Positions 17,945 to 28,349 of a stretch of 64,000 bases of DNA are shown one piece after another. A model generated the notes under the pieces. The model searched no databases and was not told the origin of the DNA. It was given only the letters and a program-made list of their open reading frames with translations. Origin of the DNA: Candidatus Omnitrophota bacterium (lineage in GTDB: Bacteria; Omnitrophota; Gorgyraeia; Zapsychrales; JANLHA01); contig JAKQKX010000045.1 in NCBI GenBank assembly GCA_029560465.1, positions 152,260 through 216,259 of the forward strand, in the 5' to 3' direction. Positions within the stretch are counted from its first letter, which is position 1; the number at the start of each line of letters is the position of its first letter. A program made the translations under genes and the position numbers.

Positions 17945-20900
17945 TCATTCATTCTGGAAATGAATAACAGTCCGCACAGGCTGCATCCGCAGCTCTCCAT
18001 CCACTATGAACTCCTCGATTTCATGCGTTGCCCGGTTCACCGTGACCGTGGCCTTGCCGTGATTCCGCAGGGCTTCTTCCACCAAATCCACGTCATGATA
18101 AAATTCCGGGAGGTTCCGGAATGACGCTTCAGGCATCTTGCTTTTCAAACGGTCTTTATTGCCGACGCCGCGCAAAATAATTTTACCGCCGGCTTCCGTT
18201 TGTTTAAAATCGTATATACCCAGCAAATCCTCCAGGAGGTCCTTTTGCGTCACAGCAAAAGGCTGGCCGCCCAGCAAAGCCATGGCCGGGGAATATTTTC
18301 CGAATTCCTGAAAAGGCACTTCGCTGGAAAACGTCTGTCCATCCTGGGTCACGTCCACTTTAATCTGGTCGCCTTCACGGGTCATGCGCTCCTCATCAAT
18401 GCTAGGAATCGGGAACTCCCAGGCTTCAATATTGGAAACACTCCCGTCACGGGTCACAATGGCCGTCCCGGACGTCCTGCCTTGAAGGTCCATCCGCTCG
18501 AATCCCCGTTCCCCCTGGGCCAGCACAATATCCTGCTCAAACGTCGGGCGTTCAACGGCATTCTCCGGCCCGGCCACGATCTTTAACGCGATCCGAATTT
18601 TCGCTTTCCGCCCGTTGGGAATCAAGGCGTTTTTTATCTCTCGAAGCGTGTCTGTTGCGTCTTCCCCCTCCAAAGGCGGGGCTTTAAAGCGCGGCCTCCG
18701 GATCCCTTTCAGGAAAGTCATCCAGTCCGATTCATTGTCTTCCCGGGATAAAGATTTCCCCGAGACCATGGTGAACGTCACGACATTGGTCGACATCGTT
18801 GTGGCGATATGGCAACTATACAATATCCGACCGTTGTAATCATCAATCGAAATCAAGGCCGGATACCCCCCGATGGACGTCCTTTGCCATTTTGACCCGG
18901 GGGATGGTTTTGAGTTTTCTTTATTTTGTTCAATATTGAACTTATCGGCATCCGCAAAATATCCGACGGTCATTGAATAGAAAAAATCAAACAACGGCTG
19001 ATCAGCATAAAACAAAGAAATGGGGTCCTGCATGTCTTTTGAAACTTTCTTTATGTCCTTAGGCTCACCCCACAAAGACCAGGAGTCCCCCGAGGCCGGG
19101 ACATAGCCGTCCGGGACAATAAATTCAAGATTGATGGGGACTAACTGTCCTGTCGTCGCCTCGCTAAAAGAAACCCGCCGCCAACCGGCCGGATCTTCGG
19201 CAGAAGAAACCTGCCCTCTGGGCAAGATGGCTGTTTGAACCTTAGCGTTATTTGCCCGAGGCTTAAAACTTTCTTGCGCCGCCGGGGCTTGTGTCACGCG
19301 CATTTTGCCGGACTCCATCTTTAATTGTTTAAGTAAAGACGGATCAAGCGCGGCGTTAAGGCCCATTAAGCTCTGGATGTCCGCCTCGCATTCCTCAAAC
19401 CGGCTCCCTTTCAGATTGATTTCCAGCCTCAACCGATACGCCTCGACGAAATCCGGATTAAGTTCTATGGCTTTTGAAAGGTCGGCCAAAGGCTGTGCCA
19501 TGTCCTCCATGGCGTAAAAAACCAAAGCGCGCTGATAATACGCTTCGGCAAGCCCGCTGTCAGAGGCGATGGCCTGATCCAAAAGAGAAATCGCCTGGGC
19601 ATATTGCTGGGCAGCGTAAGCCATCTTGCCCAACCCCAAATATCGTAACGGGGATTGAGCATCCAGATGGCCGACTCTTTCATAATCTTCCCGGGCCGCG
19701 CTTTCCTGATTAAGCGCCAAATAAACATCGCCGCGTTTATAATAAAATAACGGGGAGTCGAAAACAACCTCATCCTTGGCGCGAATACCCTTAACCGTTA
19801 ACGGCGGGACGGGCCTGGCCCAGGAACCTTGCGGCAGGACCTCGCTGACCGTCATCTCGCCCTTATACTCCTCGCCTCTGTAAATCTTCAACACATCACC
19901 TGGCTTGAGCCCCCAATCCTGGCCGGCACTCACTTTCACGGCTTCCTTCTTCTTGTCCACCGACAAGACTCGCGGGAATTCCGGCACGCCTGTTTTTTCA
20001 AAATTTTGCTCCAGGCCCCACAAAGGAAAAACCTCTTGAGAAAAAGCGGCTATTTCGTCCTTTTTCCATAACAAAATCACCGTGATGGCTACGCACGCCG
20101 CCAAAAAGAGGATGCCTGCGGCCGTAAAAATCCTTTTGATATTCGGCGTTATCCCGGGAATGCCTTCCATCGGGAGAGGACCGGTGCCGGCGGCCGGGCT
20201 GTCCGGTTGCGGCCGCTTAAAAAAGAAATCACGGACAGGAACGCTTAAAAAAAGCCCCAGGAACCCGCCGGCCAGCAGCATCAATATCATCGCCGGGAAA
20301 TAGTATTGCCAGGTGGCAAAAGAAAAGTATTTCAAATTCTGGGAATAGCCAGAAAACAACAGGCCCAAAAAATATAAAATGACAATAACATAAGCCCAAC
20401 GCTTGCGCCGGGAGAGCCCTCTTGCCAAAAGCCAGAAAAGAACGGAGAAGCCCCCCAATATTCCCCCAACGAGAAAGATCTGCCCAAAAAGCACGGGGAC
20501 ACCCAGAATCTTGTAAAGAATTAACATCCCTGTCATGAAAAGTCCGACAATGCCTATCAGCGCAACAACCCAATAACAGAAAAATATTATGTAGCCAACG
20601 ATAAACCGCGGCCACGGCCTGTCAGGGAAAAACTTAAGCCGAAAGGCAGGATGCCAGGGCAAAAAAATAAAACCCACGGCAATCAGGAATAAGACGGGAA
20701 ACCATTGTAAATACACGTCCGGCCGGGAGCCCAGATCTTCCGTGTCACCCAGGACAGAAGTCAAAAGCACCCAGAAAAGGGTATAAAAATAAAACCCCCA
20801 CCTTTTCGCTTTCCAGAACCCCGCATGCGCGCATAAATTCATCATGATAAAAACCATTCCCCGGGCAAGCAACTGCGCCCGCATGTCGGGCCGGGTGAAA

Positions 20901-21010
20901 CAATTTCCATCGGAAGACAAAGAATTAACAAATCCAAAAATAATACAGGCAAAAACAGCCCCCATGGCGGCCAAAGTCCGCGTGGACCTGTTGACGCTCC
21001 CTGCTTCCAT
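17945..21010 (-). CDS. Large multi-pass membrane protein with TPR repeats and a ~500-aa C-terminal extracytoplasmic domain
   Basis: N-terminal ~300 aa with ~8 TM helices. TPR-like repeats (AYAAQQYAQAISLLDQAIASDSGLAEAYYQRALVFYAMEDMAQPLADLSKAIELNPDFVEAY). No catalytic motif recognised. Confidence 0.65.
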   Translation of the reverse strand: MEAGSVNRSTRTLAAMGAVFACIIFGFVNSLSSDGNCFTRPDMRAQLLARGMVFIMMNLCAHAGFWKAKRWGFYFYTLFWVLLTSVLGDTEDLGSRPDVYLQWFPVLFLIAVGFIFLPWHPAFRLKFFPDRPWPRFIVGYIIFFCYWVVALIGIVGLFMTGMLILYKILGVPVLFGQIFLVGGILGGFSVLFWLLARGLSRRKRWAYVIVILYFLGLLFSGYSQNLKYFSFATWQYYFPAMILMLLAGGFLGLFLSVPVRDFFFKRPQPDSPAAGTGPLPMEGIPGITPNIKRIFTAAGILFLAACVAITVILLWKKDEIAAFSQEVFPLWGLEQNFEKTGVPEFPRVLSVDKKKEAVKVSAGQDWGLKPGDVLKIYRGEEYKGEMTVSEVLPQGSWARPVPPLTVKGIRAKDEVVFDSPLFYYKRGDVYLALNQESAAREDYERVGHLDAQSPLRYLGLGKMAYAAQQYAQAISLLDQAIASDSGLAEAYYQRALVFYAMEDMAQPLADLSKAIELNPDFVEAYRLRLEINLKGSRFEECEADIQSLMGLNAALDPSLLKQLKMESGKMRVTQAPAAQESFKPRANNAKVQTAILPRGQVSSAEDPAGWRRVSFSEATTGQLVPINLEFIVPDGYVPASGDSWSLWGEPKDIKKVSKDMQDPISLFYADQPLFDFFYSMTVGYFADADKFNIEQNKENSKPSPGSKWQRTSIGGYPALISIDDYNGRILYSCHIATTMSTNVVTFTMVSGKSLSREDNESDWMTFLKGIRRPRFKAPPLEGEDATDTLREIKNALIPNGRKAKIRIALKIVAGPENAVERPTFEQDIVLAQGERGFERMDLQGRTSGTAIVTRDGSVSNIEAWEFPIPSIDEERMTREGDQIKVDVTQDGQTFSSEVPFQEFGKYSPAMALLGGQPFAVTQKDLLEDLLGIYDFKQTEAGGKIILRGVGNKDRLKSKMPEASFRNLPEFYHDVDLVEEALRNHGKATVTVNRATHEIEEFIVDGELRMQPVRTVIHFQNE

Positions 21011-21057
21011 AAAACCTCCTGTGTTGAATTATGACAAACCGCTATTCATCAATACAA

Positions 21058-21474
21058 TCAATCCGCCTTCAACAACCGCCAGTTTCTCTCTTTTATAAAT
21101 TCGATGGTCCAAGGATAATCGAATGTCTCTAAATTCCCGATTTTTATAAGGACGGCAATGCCGGCGAACAAGAACTCCACAAAATAAAACATCATAGGGA
21201 AAATCCACCCTACGGCGAACAGGTTCGGGTCCCTGGAATAATAACAAACCAAAAAAGCCACGCCGAAGAATATGATGAGGTACAGGATAAGTGTAATCTG
21301 AAAATTAAATGTTTGCTTGACCTGTTCCCGGACAAAAGGGAATCTTTTCTTGATCGCCCAGACAAACAACGGGAAGAAAGCCAGAGGGACCGGCAGGAAG
21401 AACGAAGCGGGAACGCTTAAATGGCTTGCGATAGCCCACCCCTGACCAGGGAAACCTTTTTTAGACTCTTCCAT
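21058..21474 (-). CDS. DUF4870-like small membrane protein
   Basis: WAIASHLS...FFPLFVWAIKKRFPFVREQVKQTF matches the DUF4870 pattern (A..HLS...P.V.W..KK.DPFVRFHA.QA). It has 3 TM helices. Confidence 0.5.
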   Translation of the reverse strand: MEESKKGFPGQGWAIASHLSVPASFFLPVPLAFFPLFVWAIKKRFPFVREQVKQTFNFQITLILYLIIFFGVAFLVCYYSRDPNLFAVGWIFPMMFYFVEFLFAGIAVLIKIGNLETFDYPWTIEFIKERNWRLLKAD

Positions 21475-21582
21475 GAAACGCTCCTTTTAAATAAAAAATA
21501 ATTTTCTTTTTATCCTCCCTCCCCCGGCCCGGTCATCCTCTGAAAAGTTTTCAAGAGAACAATGGGGCACCTTATTAATTTA

Positions 21583-21630
21583 GCATAAAAACAAAAGCCG
21601 CAAATTATCATTTTCAAATAACTTGCGGCT
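21583..21630 (-). terminator. Rho-independent terminator downstream of 21664..22185
   Basis: Stem AGCCGCAA/TTGCGGCT (21596-21603 / 21623-21630), followed on the minus strand by TTTTGTTTTTATGC. Confidence 0.55.
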
Positions 21631-21663
21631 CCTGATGATCCCGCTCCCGGTCTTTTCTCAAAA

Positions 21664-22185
21664 CTACAGTGTTTGTGCAAACTCGGCGATCACGTCTTCC
21701 GGGACGCCATGGCTCTTCAACACGCGGATGATTTCCTGGACCGCCTCGTCATACAATATCTTGAGTTTAACTTCCAGCTCAAGGGCCTGCTCAGGACCAG
21801 CGGGGAGATTCTTTGATATTTCGGCATACACGTCCGTGATCTTCATGTGATACGCCCTGAGCTCTTCCGGCGGCGTGATTCTTTGTATCGCCTTGTGATA
21901 CTCCGCGTAGCCGGCGGAAACCTTCTTAAGGAGCTCCTCTTGCGACAGGCCGGCCGGGTCGATCTGTGTCGCCGGTAAAATCGTGGTTAACGCTTCCGCC
22001 GCCATCTTATCGGCATAGGGCTTAAAAACACCAACCAGCCATTGGCCCCATTCCGTGGCGGTATCAATTTTATTATAAAAAGCCTCCGCCGCCGGGTTTG
22101 CGTCGAGCGCCCCGGCCCCCCCTTGCGCGAAAGCCGCGCCGCAGGCCAGCATCCCGGCCACTAAAAAAATGAACAATTTCGGCAT
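21664..22185 (-). CDS. Hypothetical secreted protein (signal peptide MPKLFIFLVAGMLACGAAFAQ)
   Basis: Signal peptide and a predicted helical body. No motif recognised. Confidence 0.55.
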   Translation of the reverse strand: MPKLFIFLVAGMLACGAAFAQGGAGALDANPAAEAFYNKIDTATEWGQWLVGVFKPYADKMAAEALTTILPATQIDPAGLSQEELLKKVSAGYAEYHKAIQRITPPEELRAYHMKITDVYAEISKNLPAGPEQALELEVKLKILYDEAVQEIIRVLKSHGVPEDVIAEFAQTL

Positions 22186-22287
22186 ACCTCCATGTCTCCT
22201 TTCTGAATGTGAGTCTTATCTGATTCTGAAAATCATTCTTTCACTTATCCTGCTCTCCGGTTCCTCAGGGGCGCCCCGGGCCCGCTT

Positions 22288-24576
22288 TTATGGCCTCCCT
22301 TCCATGGGGGCACGCTCGAGTTTCTGCCAGTTCCCTTCGAGCTCAATGTTAGGATTAAAGTTAACGTTGTCGCTGACGATATATTCGCCGGCGTTGTTGA
22401 CCCACGCGTCTGTGTATCCGGTCGGGAGCTCAACGGGGCGTTGTTCGACCGGGCTGTAATACTCTTCGACGCCGCGGTTGACCTGGCTCCACGCTTTACT
22501 AATACGGTCCTCGGAGGCCTGCTTGCGTTCCCACGATTGCTGCATCATGTCGCTGATTTCGTTATTGGTCTGGCTGATGATCTGGCTGATTTTGCCGGCG
22601 GTGCGGATCTTGCCCATCTCGATGTTATGGAGCGTCTGGCAGAGCTGCAGGTATTTGTTGAACCACTGCAAATTCGGGCGCACCGAGGCAACCATCGCCT
22701 GCATGATCTTGGTGCGGTCCTCAATCTGGCCTTTGGCCGCCCGGATCCCGTAAGCGCGCTGGCCGATTTGGGTGTAAATGTTATACGCCGGAACGTATAC
22801 TGTCTGCAAAACAGCGTAGAGGTCTTCCTCGACGGGTTGCCCGGCAATGGTGTATTCGACGCGCACCTTCCCCGCGCTATAGGTGTTCTGGTATCCCGGG
22901 ATTGATCCTGTTTCAGCCAAGTCAGCCGCGGCGACAGCTTGTGCCCATGCCGGCAATTCCTGTTCACCTATGATCCGGCATTGCACATCGCCACGGAAAC
23001 GCGGGATGATAATCTCTTGAAGGAACTGCATCACGTCGCTCATGGGGGGCCGCACTTCGTTGCCCATATAGTTTGAGCCGGGACCGAACCCCGTTTCGGC
23101 TAACATCCCGCCCCAGCTGAACCCAAGAGTCGGGAACCCTTCAAGCTGTTCCACCCCGTGAGGGTTGAATGTCCGGATATGCACCGTAGCCGGCATCGAC
23201 GGATGTTGACGCCACTCCATCCCGCCTTCCACCTGCCAACCGACCGGAGCAAGGTAAGTAAGCGCCTCTCCCCCGATTCCTTCCGGGCTATCCATGATGC
23301 TGATTTTCTTGAACCGCATGAAGCCGGCCGAGCCAGATGCCGCCGGCACTGATGATGACACAGGCGCGGCATCCAAACGCGGTTGCGAAAGCGGATTTAA
23401 TTTTGCTGGCGAAGCGGCGAGCGGATTGCCGGCTTTCCGTCCCAACACATACGTCGTGCCGTCACTGACTAATGTCAAGGCCGGCCCTTCTAGCGTCGCC
23501 GTGAACGGGAACCGGTCGCCGCCGCTGGTAAACGTGCCTTCAAGCTTTCCCCCAACCAAGCGCGCAGACAGCGGAAACTTCTGGCCGCCCATTTCAATCG
23601 TACCGGTGTAACGGTCGCCGGTCCCGGTGAGGATGACTGTCATTTCCGCGCACGCGAATGTGCCGGCGTATGAAGCACCCGGCAGCGCGCCACCAATATC
23701 AGCAACGGGCGTGGCGGGCAGCGGGCCCGCGTTGTCGATTGGTTTGACCGCGGTCCGCGCGCGCGATGACCCCTGGACACGTGTCTGAACCGTCACGGGG
23801 AAGCCGCCGGGTTGCTGCATCTGCTGCGCACCTTGCGTTACCGATGCGTTCGTCATGTCGCTCTGTAATGTGTTGCCGGTATCGATTTCCACCAGTGACG
23901 TGTCTTTCATGTCGTTGCGCATTTCGTTCTCGCCTTGCCGTTTGGCGAAGGACAAAACGGTTTCAATCTCCGCGACACGACGGCCGGCATATTCTTTAAC
24001 CGAGACAAACCGGCACTTGACGCTCAATTTATCCTGCGGGCCTATCTGGTAAAACTGACGCATCGCAGCAGTGTCGGGCTCCCATTCTTCTCCGACCGCC
24101 ACAGGCCGCGGCGGGAACGACTCCCGTGAAAACGAGAGGTAGCTTTTCAATTCCATCTCAGCCATTGGATCAGCCGGACCTTTAAAGTCATGCGCAACCT
24201 CACCGCGGGCGTCGCGCGTTAACGTAATGGTCTGCCCGCTAAAAGGAAACGGAATCGGCTGTTTTTGCCCTCCCATCTCCATCAACGTCACGCAGTCGTT
24301 CCCGAACGTAAGCCGCACCGACACCGGCACCCCGTCCTTCACGGCGAGCACAGCCATGGTGCCGCTGCGGGTCTGCCGCATGCTCTGTTGCATCTGTTGC
24401 GGCGGTTGGCCCGGGGATGACATCGTGGTGTTCTGCTGCATCTCGCCGCTCTGCTCAAACGCCCAGCTTTGCCCCTCCCGAAACTGCGGCTTTAAGTCGT
24501 ACGTCTGAGCGGCAGCGGAGATTTCCGTGGCCAACACCCATATAAGCAGTTGACTGATGCCTCTAAGTCGGTTCAT
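22288..24576 (-). CDS. Large hypothetical secreted protein (~760 aa). The start was moved to MNRL at 24576, which has an AGGAG RBS.
   Basis: Signal peptide MNRLRGISQLLIWVLATEISAAAQ. The long GC-rich ORF has many antisense shadow ORFs. No recognised domain. Confidence 0.6.
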   Translation of the reverse strand: MNRLRGISQLLIWVLATEISAAAQTYDLKPQFREGQSWAFEQSGEMQQNTTMSSPGQPPQQMQQSMRQTRSGTMAVLAVKDGVPVSVRLTFGNDCVTLMEMGGQKQPIPFPFSGQTITLTRDARGEVAHDFKGPADPMAEMELKSYLSFSRESFPPRPVAVGEEWEPDTAAMRQFYQIGPQDKLSVKCRFVSVKEYAGRRVAEIETVLSFAKRQGENEMRNDMKDTSLVEIDTGNTLQSDMTNASVTQGAQQMQQPGGFPVTVQTRVQGSSRARTAVKPIDNAGPLPATPVADIGGALPGASYAGTFACAEMTVILTGTGDRYTGTIEMGGQKFPLSARLVGGKLEGTFTSGGDRFPFTATLEGPALTLVSDGTTYVLGRKAGNPLAASPAKLNPLSQPRLDAAPVSSSVPAASGSAGFMRFKKISIMDSPEGIGGEALTYLAPVGWQVEGGMEWRQHPSMPATVHIRTFNPHGVEQLEGFPTLGFSWGGMLAETGFGPGSNYMGNEVRPPMSDVMQFLQEIIIPRFRGDVQCRIIGEQELPAWAQAVAAADLAETGSIPGYQNTYSAGKVRVEYTIAGQPVEEDLYAVLQTVYVPAYNIYTQIGQRAYGIRAAKGQIEDRTKIMQAMVASVRPNLQWFNKYLQLCQTLHNIEMGKIRTAGKISQIISQTNNEISDMMQQSWERKQASEDRISKAWSQVNRGVEEYYSPVEQRPVELPTGYTDAWVNNAGEYIVSDNVNFNPNIELEGNWQKLERAPMEGRP

Positions 24577-24872
24577 TGTCCCCTCTCCTTTCATCTCATC
24601 GCGTGATTTCGCTACAATCACTTGAATCATTATCTGCCCCTCTCCCCGCTTATACCTAAGAAAGGGATTGTTTCCTTAACAATAGTTTCCATTCTACTCC
24701 AAACAAAAACCCATAACAATCTATTCAACAAAATAACATTCTTCTTCCTCCCTAATTCTCGGCTTTCCTGGACATTCGTGACTGATGTTCCAAGGCGGGC
24801 TGTTGAGAACGCACTTCTCTTGCAAATTTTCAGGTCACCGGTTTTTTACGATTCAACGAGCCCTTTAAATTT

Positions 24873-24889
24873 TGGTGGAAACGCGGGGA
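24873..24889. repeat. Degenerate third copy (14/17) of the ssrA 3'-end att core TGGTGGAGGTGCGGGGA, with a shared TTTAAA(A)TTTTGGTGG flank
   Basis: TGGTGGAAACGCGGGGA at 24873-24889. The next ~150 bp has patchy similarity to the ssrA 3' half (CCACCCGG, CCGCCCC). Confidence 0.4.
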
Positions 24890-25158
24890 TCCAGGAAGCC
24901 CGGTTGGAAAATTTTGTTTATTTTCAAACGGCACGTGCCAGCCACCCGGGGCAAGCTTCCTGGTATCTACTGCGTACCAATTGTACAAGGCTCCGCCCCA
25001 AAAAAATTAATCCAGTTTTTTTGATAGGATGAAAGCCCTTGCCTCCAGGGAAGTACTTGGGTGCCGACACGCTTTGAAAAACATTAGGGGAAACGCCGTT
25101 TCGGGGATGGGAATCGATTGTTGTTTGATTTCACAAATAAAAACTTGAATCATCCCAA

Positions 25159-25857
25159 TCAATCCCACCCTGTCGCCGCGTTTGAATAATTCTCTCCGGA
25201 AGTACTATCCGGCGTTGTTTCAGGTTCTATAAGAAAAGCATTTCCTCCGGCTTTGCTCTTTTCTGTTTCCCACCATGCGAGAATTTCCCGCGCGCGTTCT
25301 TCCTGGGTCACTTCTTTAAAAAACGCGTTCCTGCCGAACACATCGGGGGGATAACTATTCCCTAACCCCACAGGATAAGGCCTTGCGCGATACGCTTCTA
25401 TCATGAGAATCGCTTCTTTCCCCACTGTCGATTTATGAGGGAAGGCGGTTAATCCCGGCACAAGGGCAGCGGCCGGCTGATTCGACTTCACATATTTAAT
25501 TAATTCATTCATGTCGGCCCTTCCGATCCACCCCTTATATATTTCTGGTTTTGAAGAACGACTAGGCCCGGCAAGAGGCTGCACGGTCACATTTTGTTTT
25601 GTGGCAAGAAAACGCAATAATTTTAAAGGCCCCGGATGCTTATCTTCTGTAAACAAGAGATAGTAAATAGCGGCAGGCTTGCCTTTCATTTGTTCATGGA
25701 CTGTTTTGCCGATCATTTCTTCATACTCTGTATCCGCGAGGGGTTCAAGGGAAGGGAATTGGGACGATGTGGCTTTTAAGCGGCCAGCGGCAATTATTAA
25801 GAACACGGCCCAAGCAATACACATGGCCACAGTCAGTAATATAAATTTTTTGTTCAT
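25159..25857 (-). CDS. Hypothetical membrane-anchored protein
   Basis: N-terminal TM anchor (FILLTVAMCIAWAVFLIIAAG) plus a soluble domain. Nothing recognised. Confidence 0.5.
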   Translation of the reverse strand: MNKKFILLTVAMCIAWAVFLIIAAGRLKATSSQFPSLEPLADTEYEEMIGKTVHEQMKGKPAAIYYLLFTEDKHPGPLKLLRFLATKQNVTVQPLAGPSRSSKPEIYKGWIGRADMNELIKYVKSNQPAAALVPGLTAFPHKSTVGKEAILMIEAYRARPYPVGLGNSYPPDVFGRNAFFKEVTQEERAREILAWWETEKSKAGGNAFLIEPETTPDSTSGENYSNAATGWD

Positions 25858-26173
25858 GTCGATAACCCCGTCCCATGATCCGGTGATTTCTTCATGTCAC
25901 AGGCTGTGCCCCGAGTGGTGTTGGCGGGCCTATTTTTGTTTCTTATAATTCCTCAATCCCCGGATGGCCGCGGTGTTGTCAGACACAAGGTTCTGCCATC
26001 CTGACCGGGCTTTTTCTCTTGAATCAAACCTAGGAAGGATATTTCCTTTTAAAATTATTCTTCTAACTGCTGAAATCACTGGTCTGATGTAACACCGTTA
26101 GGTGCGGATGACTATCCCCTTTGGGGAACCGGCCCCTTCACTTTTCACTTGTATTAACAGACACACACTCCCG

Positions 26174-27607
26174 TCAATGATATGCGCTCAGAGAAATCTT
26201 AATTAGCCTGTTATTTTTATCAAATATAAAGCTTAAATTCCCATACCCCATCCTGTAATCCATAATGTAATTATTTCCCAAGTATGCCTTTCCCCCTTCA
26301 TAATCTGATCCAAACTTTGTGACAATGGTTTCGACAGTTTCATTGTCACTCACATCACGGATGTCGCCTCCAAAAGAGCTATAATTATCATTTACCTGAT
26401 CATCGTTTTTCAGATATAAAGTCAAATCCAATATCTTGTTTTCTTCGATTATAATCTTTAACCCCTTGCCGGGATATTCGTGACTAACATTAAAAATATT
26501 GTCTTCACTTTTTTGCGGTCTTGTTCCGATTATCCTGACAATCTTATCAATATCCACATATTCATTTATTCGCAAAGACCCGAAATATCCTTTTTTCAAA
26601 TCCACTACTAACCTGTTCTTTTCTTCGACCGGCACCCGTTGCCCATCGTATTTCACCAGTCCTTTCGCCTTCTGTCCAGCCTCAAAATCCAGTTTCGCCT
26701 TACAATCATCAATATTATAGCCAAGAAATTTCCATCCGGGTTCCAGCTTCAAAGCCTCATCAAAAGATGATATTGCAGATGTCCAGTCACCTGCATTAAA
26801 ATAGCGCTCCCCTTCTTCCTTGTGCAACGTCGCATCACGCTGCTCTGGCTTGACCCATTTTCCACGGAACTTCACCAGTCCTTTCGCGATCTGCTGCCTT
26901 TCGAATTCAATGCCCACCTGACATTTAGCTATTTTTTCTTTCACGAAATCGTTATCAGGTTCAAATTCCAGGATCTGTTCGTAGGCTTTAATGGCTTTAT
27001 CATATTCTTGACTGGAAAATGCAGCTTGGGCCTGACTCAAAAACAGCTGAACAAGGTTGTTGCGGCAGTCTTGAATCCTGACTTTTGCGCCACCGTTCCC
27101 CGGGTCGACTCTCAATATCTCTTCATAATCGCTGAACGCCGCATAGAAATCACGACTATCATAGGCCTTGGAAGCTACCTGCATAAGGGTCTGGACCTGA
27201 AATAAACCCACATATTCGGCTGCCTTGGCGGCGAACTTTCCCACCGGGAAAGTCCTCAAATACTCATCCAGGAACTGCTGCGAATCACGTACATTCTTAT
27301 GCTTGAAATAATATTCACCTATCCGGAACAATGACTCTTCGCGATATCTCGAATCCGGATAATATTCGTTGATATGGGTAAATTTCAGGAAGGCAAGTTC
27401 ATCATTACCCTTCCTGAGCGCGCTCACTGCCTGCTTATACAAGGCAGTCCCCTCATCGGCACTGGCCAAACTTGGTCCAACACCAAAAAAGCAAAAGGCC
27501 GCAAGAAAGAAACAAGCTAATATTTCTTTCAGGACACGAAAAAGGGAGCCAAAGGGAATAACATGACCTCCTGAATGCTTCTTTATGACAATAGCAGGTA
27601 AATTCAT
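26174..27607 (-). CDS. TPR-repeat protein with two SH3b-like (KGLVKFRGKWV / KGLVKYDGQRV) modules; predicted exported or lipoprotein
   Basis: N-terminal hydrophobic segment and TPR-like repeats (ALYKQAVSALRKGNDELAFLKF, YDKAIKAYEQILEFEP). The gene is AT-rich (~40 % GC) relative to its surroundings. Confidence 0.55.
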   Translation of the reverse strand: MNLPAIVIKKHSGGHVIPFGSLFRVLKEILACFFLAAFCFFGVGPSLASADEGTALYKQAVSALRKGNDELAFLKFTHINEYYPDSRYREESLFRIGEYYFKHKNVRDSQQFLDEYLRTFPVGKFAAKAAEYVGLFQVQTLMQVASKAYDSRDFYAAFSDYEEILRVDPGNGGAKVRIQDCRNNLVQLFLSQAQAAFSSQEYDKAIKAYEQILEFEPDNDFVKEKIAKCQVGIEFERQQIAKGLVKFRGKWVKPEQRDATLHKEEGERYFNAGDWTSAISSFDEALKLEPGWKFLGYNIDDCKAKLDFEAGQKAKGLVKYDGQRVPVEEKNRLVVDLKKGYFGSLRINEYVDIDKIVRIIGTRPQKSEDNIFNVSHEYPGKGLKIIIEENKILDLTLYLKNDDQVNDNYSSFGGDIRDVSDNETVETIVTKFGSDYEGGKAYLGNNYIMDYRMGYGNLSFIFDKNNRLIKISLSAYH

Positions 27608-27658
27608 AGACCTTATTATATACCACTAACAAAACTAATCAGCCAAACTTCATAAAAA

Positions 27659-27990
27659 TTATCTTGACCTTCCCCAAATCGGTGAACAGTTAGTTAAGAC
27701 AGAACACTTTTTTTCGAACTCAACGGGACTCAGATAACCAAGCGTTGAATGAGCCCGCTTGCGATTATAGAACATTTCCACGTATTCAAAAATCCTTCGT
27801 TTGGCTTATTCCCGGGTCCTGAACTTGTACCGATGAACCAGTTCGACCTCAAGCGTGCGGGAATTCTGCATTCTGGGTCTGCATTCTGGGGACACGACAC
27901 TTAATTCCTTAAGCAATCTGCCCAAATACTTCACCCCAAAACGTTCAGACTGCTCTTTCAAAATTCTCAATAGCTGATTCTGTCCTCTTT
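27659..27990 (-). pseudogene. Degraded C-terminal fragment of an IS3-family transposase OrfB (rve integrase core tail)
   Basis: Minus-strand translation gives ...RTLEVELVHRYKFRTRE* then, after a frameshift, [26 protein letters not shown]. Compare the IS3 OrfB tail TLKVELVH..RF.TREEA...[26 protein letters not shown]. There are internal deletions, a stop and a frameshift. Confidence 0.5.
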
Positions 27991-28349
27991 TTTAAAGAAC
28001 ACATCCTGTCGACGGTTGCCACGCTGTACAACATGATGCAGCAGCCCTCCCACTACCACTCTGGCTATCCTTACCATCTCTTACCACATGTCCTCCTCAA
28101 TTAAGTATTGTGTCCCCGGAATTATGCTTCATTTCATCATACATATCTTTTTCTGATGGAATTTTTTGATTCCGTCCCTTTTGAAATAAATTCTTAATAC
28201 AATTCCTATCTTCATCTCCGGCATTTTGAGCCTAACGCAAAAAATAAGGGGCGTAAGCGAACGCCGGATGGGGCGGGCTTGTCCCGCTCAATTGCTTTGA
28301 GGGCGGCGGCCTTGGGGTTTACTGGTTACGGGCTTCAATTTTACTCTCG

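Noticed and set aside
22441-22967. Several 90-155-aa ORFs on both strands inside 22288..24576
   Set aside because: All are nested in the long secreted-protein gene and have arginine-rich compositions typical of GC-rich shadow frames.
24873-25060. Possibility of a second functional ssrA or tRNA gene
   Set aside because: The acceptor or T-arm equivalent (GGGCUUCCUGGAUCCC) is non-canonical, and similarity to ssrA is patchy. It is treated as a decayed att or duplicate remnant, not an RNA gene.
28001-28090. Continuation of the IS3 OrfB remnant further upstream
   Set aside because: The translation (GGHVVRDGKDSQSGSGRAAASCC...) has no resemblance to transposase sequence. The remnant appears to end near 27990.
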